Shown: one piece after another, positions 1-9,424 of the stretch
How positions within the stretch are numbered: position 1 is the stretch's first letter
How the letters are laid out: each line of letters begins with the position of its first letter
Assembly: GCA_035764525.1 (NCBI GenBank)
Contig: DASTZB010000250.1
Span: 1-59,824 of the forward strand
Direction: 5' to 3'
Source of the DNA: Chitinophagaceae bacterium
GTDB lineage: Bacteria > Bacteroidota > Bacteroidia > Chitinophagales > Chitinophagaceae
Length of the DNA stretch: 59,824 nt
Program-made: the position numbers and the translations under genes
Notes under the pieces: model-generated
The model's database searches: none
Seen by the model: the letters and a program-made list of their open reading frames with translations, nothing else
Told to the model about the DNA's origin: nothing

Positions 1-1463
1 GAATGCTGTAACATTCCTTTTACAATAGTATCAGCTCTTTTACCGTGATGATTTATTTTTTCTTCATTATCTATAACATCCTTCGCAATCGCCTTTACAT
101 CATCATAATTTCCTTTTTCAATTTCACCATTCATTTCTGCAAGTAATTCTTTATTTACATCTGAAAAATTATTGACAAAGTTTAATGGGTTTTGTATCTC
201 ATGTGCAATGCCGGCGGTTAGTTCGCCTAGTGAAGCCATCTTTGCGGATTGTATAAGTTGTGCCTGGGTGGATCTTAGCTCTATCAAAGTTTCTTCCACT
301 TTTTTCTTCTGCATTTCCAAAGCCAGGTTTGCTTTTTGTTTGCTTCGGTTATTCCTATAAAGACCAAACAGTCCCAATAGTAATATGCCTATCCCAGCCA
401 GTAAAGCATATTGCCTAACCCTTCCCCGGTAAGCCTTTTTTTCGTAATCCAATTCGGTCTGTTGTTCCTTTTCTTTAAATACCAGTGCCTGGGCCGATTG
501 CATTTTTTGAATATTGTAAGCACTGTCCTTGGCCGCCTCAGCGATCTTGAGATAACGAAGAGCTTCAGCAGGATCGCCTGGTTCTAATAAGGTTGACAAC
601 AAACCCGCGGGGATATACACTGATGCAAAATGCCGGGGCCGGTACAGCTCATATGCTTTCTTTGCATAATAAATGGCCGAGTCATTTTGTTTGATGTCCC
701 TGAACAAGTAAGCAAGCCCCATATAGCCTTTTGCAATATCTACATCCTCGTTGATTCTTTTCGCTGCAGCTATCCGCTGGAGATAATGTTGCTTTGCAAG
801 TTCTTTATTTCCACTGAACTCATATATCCTTCCCATAGCATGCAGCGCCCCGCCAAGTACGAAGTCGTTTTTCATGCCGATAGCCGAATCATAAGCGATC
901 TTAGCCATATAAAAAGCGGAGTCTGATTTCTTCATGCTCAAATAAGTGTTAGAAAGCCAGATATACGATATAGTGTGAAAGAAAGGATGCACACCTTGCG
1001 ATGATACCTGGTTACTCCTTTGGAAACAATTGAAGGCTTCCTGTGTATTTCCTAATGTAAGATGAACAGTACCCAGCCTTATTAAACAACCGGCCTCGTA
1101 ATCTTTGAAACGATACTTCCTGGTAATGTCCAATGCATTCTGGCCTGTTTCCAGAGCCTTGGGAAAATCAATCCCGTTAAATTGGAAATAATGGCAAAGA
1201 ACAAAGTAGGCCCGCATCTCCCCGAACGGGAAATTGATACTACGTGAAAGTTGCAGTGCCAGGTCTGCAAAATACAAGGTGGAATCCGGCTTTGCTGCCC
1301 GGTAAGCTTCGGCAAGCTCGGCCAATATTTTTGCCCGGCTGGTATCCTGTTTAGCCCGAGCCAGTTCTTGTCTTAAACTATCAGCTTGCCGTATGTTGAC
1401 AGTCTGCGAAAATGTCATGCCTACGATAAACAAAGTAGCGCAAATTAGAATGGTTCTCTTCAT
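1..1463 (-). CDS. TPR-domain sensor histidine kinase; 3' end cut by the window edge (about 487 N-terminal codons present)
   Basis: Absent from the ORF track because no stop codon lies in the window. Hand translation of the minus strand from ATG at 1463-1461 gives [20 protein letters not shown] (signal peptide), then a TPR-like region. A TM segment follows, ending ...[15 protein letters not shown]. Then comes [39 protein letters not shown]...[16 protein letters not shown], which runs off position 3. The frame was checked codon by codon at both ends. Confidence 0.8.
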   Translation of the reverse strand, partial: MKRTILICATLFIVGMTFSQTVNIRQADSLRQELARAKQDTSRAKILAELAEAYRAAKPDSTLYFADLALQLSRSINFPFGEMRAYFVLCHYFQFNGIDFPKALETGQNALDITRKYRFKDYEAGCLIRLGTVHLTLGNTQEAFNCFQRSNQVSSQGVHPFFHTISYIWLSNTYLSMKKSDSAFYMAKIAYDSAIGMKNDFVLGGALHAMGRIYEFSGNKELAKQHYLQRIAAAKRINEDVDIAKGYMGLAYLFRDIKQNDSAIYYAKKAYELYRPRHFASVYIPAGLLSTLLEPGDPAEALRYLKIAEAAKDSAYNIQKMQSAQALVFKEKEQQTELDYEKKAYRGRVRQYALLAGIGILLLGLFGLYRNNRSKQKANLALEMQKKKVEETLIELRSTQAQLIQSAKMASLGELTAGIAHEIQNPLNFVNNFSDVNKELLAEMNGEIEKGNYDDVKAIAKDVIDNEEKINHHGKRADTIVKGMLQH

Positions 1464-1527
1464 AATTTTTTTCTATCCTATGATTATTCTTAATCATTGT
1501 TGTCATCATTTCAATTTGCCTCACTTA

Positions 1528-3450
1528 TCAAAAAGGCAAGGAGATAATAAATTCGGATCCCCTGCCCTCCAGAGTTTCTACCTTCAACTCCCCACCATGT
1601 GCTTTTACAATATCATAAGCTAATGATAAACCCAAACCGGTACCTTGTCCTGTGGGCTTTGTTGTAAAGAAGGGTTGAAATATTTTATCCAATACTTTTT
1701 GTGGAATGCCATTACCATTATCACTCACTTTTATTTCAACCTTACCGTTATCCTTTTTTGTACTTAACGAAACAATCGGTTCATAACTATTTTGGTTCAT
1801 TTTCTTTTTTTCATCAACCGCATAAAAAGCATTGTTGATCAAATTGAGAATCACTCTTCCAATTTCCTGTGGCACTACATTTATTTTCCCCATCAATAAA
1901 TCAAAATCTGTTTTTGTATTAACATTAAACGATTTGTCTCTTGCCCGAAGACCATGATAAGCTAATCTTAAATATTCGTCTGCTAATGCATTAATATCTG
2001 TTGGCTCCTTTACACCGCTGCTACTGCGGCTGTGTTGCAGCATGCCTTTTACAATGGCATCGGCTCTTTTGCCATGATGATTTATTTTCTGCTCATTTTC
2101 TTTTAGGTCATTCAAAATTGTTTTAGCCTCTTTCGTATTCCCTTTATCTATTTCCTGTTTTGCTTCATCAATCAATTCTGTATTTACATCAGAAAAGTTA
2201 TTGACAAAATTCAATGGGTTTTGAATCTCGTGTGCAATGCCTGCAGTAAGTTCTCCAAGTGAAGCCATTTTTTCTGATTGAATCAGCTGGGTCTGGGTTG
2301 ATCTTAATTCTGATAGTGTTTTTTCCAGAACCTTATTGACCTTATTTTTCTGCTGGTTATTTCTCAACAAGATGCCTGCAATTATTAAAAGAACAAGAAG
2401 GCCACCCAGCAGCAAGTACATTCTTAACCGGTTTTGATATTGTTTTTCCGCTGCTTCAATTTCTTTCTGTTTCTCCTGTTCTTTAAAACCAAGGTTTTGA
2501 ATTGCCATCGTTTTTTCCCGGCTAAATAGACTATCCTTTACATTAAGTGCGATCCTTAAATATTTTAATGAGCTGTCTGCCTTATGTTGCGATCCATAAA
2601 TATCTGCAAGCAAATTGGAGGCTCTTAGCAAACCAAGCGGGTACCTTCTTTCTATTTTTTCTGATAGCACTTCTTTTGAATACCAGGCAGCAGAGTCTAA
2701 ATTATTCGTTGCTTTGTACACATCGGCAATTCCATTATAATTATCAATCAGATCTGTTTCTATATGATTTTTTAGTGAAACGGAAATACCATGCCGGTAA
2801 AGAACCAGCGCTGAATCATAATTAGCCTTACTAGTATAGGCATCTCCTAAAATACTAAGTATGTTCCCTTCTCCTGTAGCCTTAAATTGTTCGTATGCTT
2901 TTTTTGCATATAGCAAGGCTGAATCTGGCTCATTTAACTTGTAATACCCCATCGAGAGATCTCTCCATCCGTAAGGCAACTCCGAAGGTGTTGCTAATTT
3001 GATAGCTTCATCTGTATATTTCAAAAAAGTAGTATACTCACCGAGGTAATAATAAGAGTAAGATACAAGGCTGATTGCCCAAGGTATCGCCGAAGGGTCG
3101 ATCTTTTTAGCAAGCGATAATGTTTTAAATGCGTAGTCTAATCCCAGCGGGTAATTCCCTGCGTTTTGTAAGGAAATCGACAGGATCCCCTCTGAGAAAA
3201 GAATTCCATTTTCATAATTCAACTTTTCTGACAATTGCAAAGCCTGTTGTCCATAGGTTATTGCTGTATCTGCATGATAGACCGAATACAAATTGCATAA
3301 CGTAGCAAGTATTTCTACTTTATTGGTATCCTCTTTTGCAATAGTTAATTCGTGTTTCAAACTATCAATATAGAATTGATTTACTTGCTGTGCTTCAGCA
3401 ACAATTATTGATGAAATTGTTATCAGAATGGCGGCTAAGTTTTTCATCAT
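1528..3450 (-). CDS. Sensor histidine kinase (signal peptide, TPR, TM, DHp/HATPase)
   Basis: 640 aa ORF. Signal peptide MMKNLAAILITISSIIVAEAQ, then TPR-like repeats. TM helix MYLLLGGLLVLLIIAGILL followed by RNNQQK. H-box [28 protein letters not shown]-box LNLINNAFYAV, G1 DNGNGIP, G2 GQGTGLGLS. Confidence 0.92.
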   Translation of the reverse strand: MMKNLAAILITISSIIVAEAQQVNQFYIDSLKHELTIAKEDTNKVEILATLCNLYSVYHADTAITYGQQALQLSEKLNYENGILFSEGILSISLQNAGNYPLGLDYAFKTLSLAKKIDPSAIPWAISLVSYSYYYLGEYTTFLKYTDEAIKLATPSELPYGWRDLSMGYYKLNEPDSALLYAKKAYEQFKATGEGNILSILGDAYTSKANYDSALVLYRHGISVSLKNHIETDLIDNYNGIADVYKATNNLDSAAWYSKEVLSEKIERRYPLGLLRASNLLADIYGSQHKADSSLKYLRIALNVKDSLFSREKTMAIQNLGFKEQEKQKEIEAAEKQYQNRLRMYLLLGGLLVLLIIAGILLRNNQQKNKVNKVLEKTLSELRSTQTQLIQSEKMASLGELTAGIAHEIQNPLNFVNNFSDVNTELIDEAKQEIDKGNTKEAKTILNDLKENEQKINHHGKRADAIVKGMLQHSRSSSGVKEPTDINALADEYLRLAYHGLRARDKSFNVNTKTDFDLLMGKINVVPQEIGRVILNLINNAFYAVDEKKKMNQNSYEPIVSLSTKKDNGKVEIKVSDNGNGIPQKVLDKIFQPFFTTKPTGQGTGLGLSLAYDIVKAHGGELKVETLEGRGSEFIISLPF

Positions 3451-3471
3451 TGTAAATTATATATTACTCTT

Positions 3472-5466
3472 TCAGGACAATCTAATTATAAACTCACTTC
3501 CATCACCTTCTTTCGTTTCAACCTCTAACTCCCCACCATGTGCTTTTACAATATCATACGCCAATGATAAACCCAAACCCGTTCCCTGCCCCGTGGGTTT
3601 GGTTGTAAAGAAAGGCTGAAAGATTTTATCCAATACTTTTTGAGGAATACCGTTGCCATTATCCCCCACTTGTATTTCGACTTTACCATTTGCCTTTTTA
3701 GTACTTACTGAAACTGTTGGCTCATAACCATCGACTACCTGTTTCTTCTTTTCATCAACTGCATAAAATGCGTTGTTGATCAAATTGAGAATAACGCGGC
3801 CAATATCCTGAGGGATGATATTGATTTTTCCAATCGAATCATCAAGATCCGTTTTGATAATCGCCTTGAAAGATTTGTCTTTTGCCCGCATGCCATGATA
3901 AGCCAGTCTTAGATATTCATCAGTCAATGCATTGATATCTGTTGGTTCCTTTTGTCCACTGCTTGTTCTTGAATGTTGCAGCATTCCCTTAACTATGGAA
4001 TCGGCCCTCCTTCCGTGATGATTTATCTTTTCCGAATTGAATGCAATATCATTGGCAATTGCTTTTACTTCTTCCAAATTTCCTTTTTCTGCTTCAGTTT
4101 TTAATTCTTTAAGCAATTCATCATTAACTTCCGAAAAATTATTCACGAAGTTTAATGGATTTTGGATTTCATGTGCAATGCCTGCCGTAAGCTCTCCAAG
4201 AGAAGCCATTTTTGCTGATTGGATGAGTTGGGATTGGGCGGCTTTAAGTTCATCTAAGGTTTGCTCGACTTTTGCTTTTTGGCTATCAGTTTCTTTTTTT
4301 TGTTCCTGGAGTAAAGCATAGGCTTTTTTCCTGTTAACATTATTACGCCAAAGAATAACACCCAGCGCTAAAAAAACAACTGCTGCCGCCAGCAAGCCAT
4401 AGATTTTTACCCGGCTTTTATACTGTGCCTGGGCATTCTCCACTTCCTGTTCCTCGAAATCCAGGTTGAATTTATAGCTTGATATCTGCCGCTGTTTTTC
4501 CTGGTTGTACAGCGTGTCTCTTGCGATCATTGTCTGTTTGTAATAATATAACGCACTATCTGTATTATAAGATTCATAGATCTTTGATAATAGCACATTG
4601 GCTTCCAGTATTTCCATGGCAAAATTTTTAGATCGGGAAACACCCAATGATTTGTGTAAATAAAAAATGGCCGAGTCTCTTCGGCTCATATCGTCGAAAA
4701 CGGCGGCGATATAATTATAGGCTACGGCCAAACCTTTTAAAGTTTGTTTTACTTGCTGGAAACGCTGAATGCTTTGCCGGAAAAAATATAAAGCAGAATC
4801 ATAGTTTTTCAATTCTGTCTGGATTCGGCCCGCTAGTGCAAAACCAGCAGCGTTAACACCTTCCAGTTTCGGGAACGGTGGATAGGAGAATGCAATATGT
4901 ATGTACTTTTGTGCGGAATCCAATTGGTGCTTTTCCAGGTAAATAGAAGCAAGACCGGTATAAATCGCTCTACAAGTCCAGCAAGGCTTCTGCGGGAAAC
5001 GGCGCATGTACTGCTCCCTCAAACCAATGGACTTATTTACATACTTCAATGCTTCTTCATAGTCACCCTGGTCCCTGTAAGTACCGCCCAGTTCTGCATA
5101 ATATTTCCCCTTTAGCTCGATGTCATTTGATGCATCAACATAGTTTATATTAGATAAAAGCAATTTAATGGCAGTTGAATAATCACCTTTTGTACGCCAC
5201 GCTACTGCTAAGCTGGTGGATTGTTCAACTTCGCCTTTCAAAAAATGAATTTGCCTTGCCAATTTCAGTCCTTCCTGGGCTAAAGGAATAGCCGAATCGG
5301 GATCAGACCTTGCAAGTTCATTAGTCAATTGGGTTGACACCAATATCCGGGTGGTATCTTCCCGCGCAACAGCGAGTAAGTTTCTCAGGCTGTCGATATC
5401 TAGTCCCTGTGCATTGGTTATTATTGTTTCAAAAAGGAGAACTACGATGGTGATGATTTTTTTCAT
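3472..5466 (-). CDS. Sensor histidine kinase (signal peptide, TPR, TM, DHp/HATPase)
   Basis: 664 aa ORF. Signal peptide MKKIITIVVLLFETIITNAQG, then TPR-like repeats. TM helix IYGLLAAAVVFLALGVILW-RNN. Same H, N, G1 and G2 boxes as the neighbours. Its ATG overlaps the upstream gene's stop (ATGA at 5463-5466). Confidence 0.92.
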   Translation of the reverse strand: MKKIITIVVLLFETIITNAQGLDIDSLRNLLAVAREDTTRILVSTQLTNELARSDPDSAIPLAQEGLKLARQIHFLKGEVEQSTSLAVAWRTKGDYSTAIKLLLSNINYVDASNDIELKGKYYAELGGTYRDQGDYEEALKYVNKSIGLREQYMRRFPQKPCWTCRAIYTGLASIYLEKHQLDSAQKYIHIAFSYPPFPKLEGVNAAGFALAGRIQTELKNYDSALYFFRQSIQRFQQVKQTLKGLAVAYNYIAAVFDDMSRRDSAIFYLHKSLGVSRSKNFAMEILEANVLLSKIYESYNTDSALYYYKQTMIARDTLYNQEKQRQISSYKFNLDFEEQEVENAQAQYKSRVKIYGLLAAAVVFLALGVILWRNNVNRKKAYALLQEQKKETDSQKAKVEQTLDELKAAQSQLIQSAKMASLGELTAGIAHEIQNPLNFVNNFSEVNDELLKELKTEAEKGNLEEVKAIANDIAFNSEKINHHGRRADSIVKGMLQHSRTSSGQKEPTDINALTDEYLRLAYHGMRAKDKSFKAIIKTDLDDSIGKINIIPQDIGRVILNLINNAFYAVDEKKKQVVDGYEPTVSVSTKKANGKVEIQVGDNGNGIPQKVLDKIFQPFFTTKPTGQGTGLGLSLAYDIVKAHGGELEVETKEGDGSEFIIRLS

Positions 5467-7400
5467 TCGTTTACCTTGGCTTTGTTATTTGGTAGATTGA
5501 TAATAAATTCCGCACCTTCTCCTTTTTTCGTTTCTACTTTCAACTCGCCACCATGTGCTTTTACAATATCATAACTCAATGATAGACCCAACCCTGTTCC
5601 CTGTCCAGCTGGTTTTGTGGTAAAGAAGGGTTGAAATATTTTATCCAATATTTTTTGTGGAATACCGGTGCCGTTATCTGCAACTTTTATTTCAACCTTA
5701 CCAGTTATTTTTTTTGTACTTATTGAGATAGTCGGTTCGTAATTCTCAATTCCCGATTTCCTTTTTTCATCCACTGCATAAAAAGCATTGTTGATCAAAT
5801 TGAGAATGACTCTCCCAATATCCTGAGGAATGATATTGATTTTTCCAGCGCTATCATCAAAATCAGTTTTAATATCAGCTTTAAACGATCGGTCTTTTGC
5901 TTTTGATCCATGATGCGCAAGACGTAAATATTCATCAGCCAGTGCATTGATATCAGTAAGTTCTTTTTGCCCGCTGCTTGTTCTTGAGTGTTGCAGCATT
6001 CCTTTTACGATGGCATCGGCTCTTTTACCATGGTGATTTATTTTCTGCTCATTTTCCTGGATATCATTTAAGATAGCTTTTGCCTCACTTGTATTTCCTT
6101 TATCTATTTCCTGTTTAGCTTCATCAATCAATTCTGTATTCACATCAGAAAAATTGTTGACAAAGTTTAGCGGATTTTGAATCTCATGCGCAATACCCGC
6201 AGTGAGTTCACCAAGGCTCGCCATTTTTTCTGATTGGATTAGTTGCGCCTGTGTAGATTTTAAATCTGTGTATGCCTTTTCAATTTTGGTTTTTGCTTTT
6301 TGTTTCTGCCTGTTATTCCGGAAAAGTATTATCGCAACGATCAAAAAGAAACCCACTGTGGTAATTAAAGCAAGTGATTTCGTTTTATTTTTATACCGTT
6401 CCTTCTCTTGCAGCACTTCCTGCTGCCGCTTCTGTTCTTTCAGCGTCAAAAGCTGTAGTTGCCTGAGTTTATTCGGACCATATAAACTGTCATTCATGTC
6501 GATCGAAATGTCCTGGTAATAAATAACACTATCAGGCATGCCGCTGTTCCTGAACAATTTTCCCAGCAGGTTGCTGGCACTGAGTATTTGTTTTTTGAGA
6601 TAAGATTGTTTGCCACTTGCAAATGCGAGACGAGCATAATACAAACTCGAGTCCATTTTATTTAATGCAAAGAATGATTCAGCCATCAGATGCTGAACAA
6701 TACTTGGCATAGCAACAGATTTAAGCGCCTTTTGATAAACTTGCAAAGCCTCTTCATATTTTCCTGAGTGGGCATATGCCGTTCCAAGTCTTCCAAAAAT
6801 CAAACCCTGTAAAGGAACATGATTAAACTCAACCGATTTTGTCAATGCCTGTTGCTGAAAAAATAAGGCCGAGTCCAACAGCTTCATTCCTTCATAAGCA
6901 CTTCCAAGGTTAGACAAATTGAAAGTGCTGTAAAACGGATCCGAAAAACTTTCGTACAATACTTTTGACTCGTTCAGATAATTTAATGCCTGTCTGTATT
7001 CATTCAGATCTATATAGACAAATCCAATATAACTCAAGGTCAGCGCCTCTCCCTTTTTATCTCCTTTGCTTTTGTTTATTTCAAGAGCCCGGAAATGCAT
7101 TTCTAAAGACTGGGGATAATCGCCGAGAAAATGAAATGCTTCACCAGCCATGTTTAATGCAACTAATTCACCACTACTGAATTTCAGTTGGTGTGCCAGC
7201 TCAATAGCTTCGCTACTTAACAGGAGACATGAATCCGGTTTCGTAAAGAAATAGGACTGCGCTCGCTGGAGAAGTCGATTTACCTGGTTAGTATCTGGAT
7301 TTTGCGATAAATTTTTCGCATTCCCGGTTTGCTGTCCCTGACTGACAGACACTCCCATTATTGACAACGCAAACAAGAGATTTATGTACAATGACCTCAT
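5463..7400 (-). CDS. Sensor histidine kinase (signal peptide, TPR, TM, DHp/HATPase)
   Basis: 645 aa ORF. N-terminal signal peptide, then a TPR-like region. TM helix LALITTVGFFLIVAIILF-RNNRQKQKA. H-box [25 protein letters not shown], followed by a HATPase_c domain with DNGTGIP and GQGTGLGLS. Confidence 0.92.
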   Translation of the reverse strand: MRSLYINLLFALSIMGVSVSQGQQTGNAKNLSQNPDTNQVNRLLQRAQSYFFTKPDSCLLLSSEAIELAHQLKFSSGELVALNMAGEAFHFLGDYPQSLEMHFRALEINKSKGDKKGEALTLSYIGFVYIDLNEYRQALNYLNESKVLYESFSDPFYSTFNLSNLGSAYEGMKLLDSALFFQQQALTKSVEFNHVPLQGLIFGRLGTAYAHSGKYEEALQVYQKALKSVAMPSIVQHLMAESFFALNKMDSSLYYARLAFASGKQSYLKKQILSASNLLGKLFRNSGMPDSVIYYQDISIDMNDSLYGPNKLRQLQLLTLKEQKRQQEVLQEKERYKNKTKSLALITTVGFFLIVAIILFRNNRQKQKAKTKIEKAYTDLKSTQAQLIQSEKMASLGELTAGIAHEIQNPLNFVNNFSDVNTELIDEAKQEIDKGNTSEAKAILNDIQENEQKINHHGKRADAIVKGMLQHSRTSSGQKELTDINALADEYLRLAHHGSKAKDRSFKADIKTDFDDSAGKINIIPQDIGRVILNLINNAFYAVDEKRKSGIENYEPTISISTKKITGKVEIKVADNGTGIPQKILDKIFQPFFTTKPAGQGTGLGLSLSYDIVKAHGGELKVETKKGEGAEFIINLPNNKAKVNE

Positions 7401-7411
7401 TGCATAATAAT

Positions 7412-9424
7412 TTAATTGACTGGTAACTGAATAATAAATTTACTCCCTTCGCCTTCCTTCGTTTCAACTTTCAATTCACCACCGTGTGCTTTTACAATAT
7501 CATAACTCAATGATAAACCCAATCCCGTTCCCTGTCCGGTTGGCTTAGTAGTAAAGAATGGTTGAAATATTTTATCCAATAGTTTTTGAGGAATACCATT
7601 ACCATTGTCACTCACTTTTATTTCAACTTTTTCATTTACTTTTTTTGTACTTACTGAAACTGTTGGTTCGTATCCATCTTGATTCTGTTTCTTTTTTTCA
7701 TCAACCGCATAAAAAGCATTATTGATCAAGTTCAAAACAACTCTTCCAATATCCTGTGGAATGATATTTATTTTTCCAATATCATTATGAAAATCGCTCT
7801 TGATATCCGCATTAAAGGATTTGTCTTTTGCACGAAGGCCATGATAGGCCAATCTTAAATATTCATCTGCTAATTCATTGATGTCAGTTGGTTCCTTACG
7901 TCCACTGCTTGATCTTGAATGCTGAAGCATTCCCTTTACGATCGTATCAGCTCTTTTACCGTGATGAGCTATTTTTTCTGAATTGAATGCAATGTCATTG
8001 GCTATTGTTTTAACTTCTTCAAGATTTCCTTTAGCTGCTTCATTTTTTAAGTCGTTAACCAATTCTTCGTTTACCTCTGAAAAATTGTTGACGAAGTTTA
8101 ACGGGTTTTGAATTTCATGGGCAATGCCGGCCGTGAGCTCACCCAGTGAAGCCATTTTTTCTGATTGGATAAGTTGTTGCTGTGTAGCCTTCAGATCATC
8201 ATAAGCCTGTTCAATTTTTACTTTCGCCTTATGCTTTTGCCTGTTATTTCTATAAAAAATTATTGCAAGCAGTAGCAATACGCCAATACCCGCAATTAAC
8301 AAATATGTTCTGACCTTATTTTGAAAAGCAATTTTATCTTTTTCTGCTTCCCTCAAACGGATCTGTTCACTGAAATTGAGATTTTGAAATTCAGTAAGAT
8401 TTTTGATTCTTACCTGGTTCAAACTGTCTTTCGTTACAAGTGCAAGACCCTGGTATTTAAAAGCGCTGTCAAATTGGTTATTGAGTTTATAGCTTAAACA
8501 CACGTATTCATAGGCGATCCCCATGTTGGTTTCCGTTCCTGCAACAGCTCCCATTAATTGAATGGCGGCAAGATTTTGTTTTGAATAATATAAAGCTAAA
8601 TCCTTATTTCCTTCGGTAAGGTGATACCGGGAAAGTCGTAAATAGATCCTGCTTCTGACTCCAAGATTGTTCCATTTGATCGCAGCCGCTAACCCATTGT
8701 AATAATATTGCAGTGCCAGTGCCGGCTGGCCGGTTGCCATATAGATATCTCCCAGTGTCATCTTAATATGACCAGAATATTTTTCAAACTGCGATTGTGA
8801 TTGAAGCCGGTCGGCTTCTCTTTCATAAAGCAATGCGGAATCATATTTATTTATTGATACGTAAGACTGTCCTAGGTTCATATTGGCAAGTATCATACGC
8901 GGCAAGTAGCCGATCTCGGTGCCGATCTTTCCTGCTTCTTTGAAATGAATAAGTTGTTGTTCAGTGTTTCCTGTTCTTAGCATCAGTATCGCAAATATGT
9001 GATGTGCATAAGATAGAGCCAGTAGCCGGTTACTACCTTTAAATCCTAATAATGATATATCCCAATAGGGTTCTTTTTCTGTCCGAGGATCTTCAGCTAT
9101 AGCAAAAGCCTCTTGTAAACATTTAAGCGCATCTGCGAACCGACCCAATTGAGTCAATTGATATCCTTTGTTTGACAAAGACATGGATTCAGCGGCTTTA
9201 TAATGATTCTTCTGCGCAATTAACAAACCCTGCCCGGCATAGTAAAGCGCAGAATCCCTGTTTGATTCTTCATATTCATTATAAATATCCTTTGCGATCT
9301 TAAATTGGACCTGTCCATCGGTTGAATTCTTCAATGCATTATTTAAACTATCAAGAAGGCTTTGCTGTGCATTCACAATAAATGGAAACAGGATAAGCAG
9401 CAATAGTTTCAAGCAGTATTTCAT
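7412..9424 (-). CDS. Sensor histidine kinase (signal peptide, TPR, TM, DHp/HATPase)
   Basis: 670 aa ORF. Signal peptide MKYCLKLLLLILFPFIVNAQ, then TPR-like repeats. TM helix YLLIAGIGVLLLLAIIFY-RNNRQKHKA. Same kinase cassette as the neighbours. Its ATG overlaps the upstream stop by 1 nt (TAATG at 9422-9426). Confidence 0.92.
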   Translation of the reverse strand: MKYCLKLLLLILFPFIVNAQQSLLDSLNNALKNSTDGQVQFKIAKDIYNEYEESNRDSALYYAGQGLLIAQKNHYKAAESMSLSNKGYQLTQLGRFADALKCLQEAFAIAEDPRTEKEPYWDISLLGFKGSNRLLALSYAHHIFAILMLRTGNTEQQLIHFKEAGKIGTEIGYLPRMILANMNLGQSYVSINKYDSALLYEREADRLQSQSQFEKYSGHIKMTLGDIYMATGQPALALQYYYNGLAAAIKWNNLGVRSRIYLRLSRYHLTEGNKDLALYYSKQNLAAIQLMGAVAGTETNMGIAYEYVCLSYKLNNQFDSAFKYQGLALVTKDSLNQVRIKNLTEFQNLNFSEQIRLREAEKDKIAFQNKVRTYLLIAGIGVLLLLAIIFYRNNRQKHKAKVKIEQAYDDLKATQQQLIQSEKMASLGELTAGIAHEIQNPLNFVNNFSEVNEELVNDLKNEAAKGNLEEVKTIANDIAFNSEKIAHHGKRADTIVKGMLQHSRSSSGRKEPTDINELADEYLRLAYHGLRAKDKSFNADIKSDFHNDIGKINIIPQDIGRVVLNLINNAFYAVDEKKKQNQDGYEPTVSVSTKKVNEKVEIKVSDNGNGIPQKLLDKIFQPFFTTKPTGQGTGLGLSLSYDIVKAHGGELKVETKEGEGSKFIIQLPVN

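Noticed and set aside
172-360. Recurrent plus-strand ORFs containing ..EKLFTKFNGF(C/W)[16 protein letters not shown].. (also at 4037..4321, 6202..6519, 12347..12538 and 24361..24603).
   Set aside because: They are the reverse-complement shadow of the highly conserved H-box region ([22 protein letters not shown]) of the minus-strand kinases. They recur only because the real genes are paralogous.
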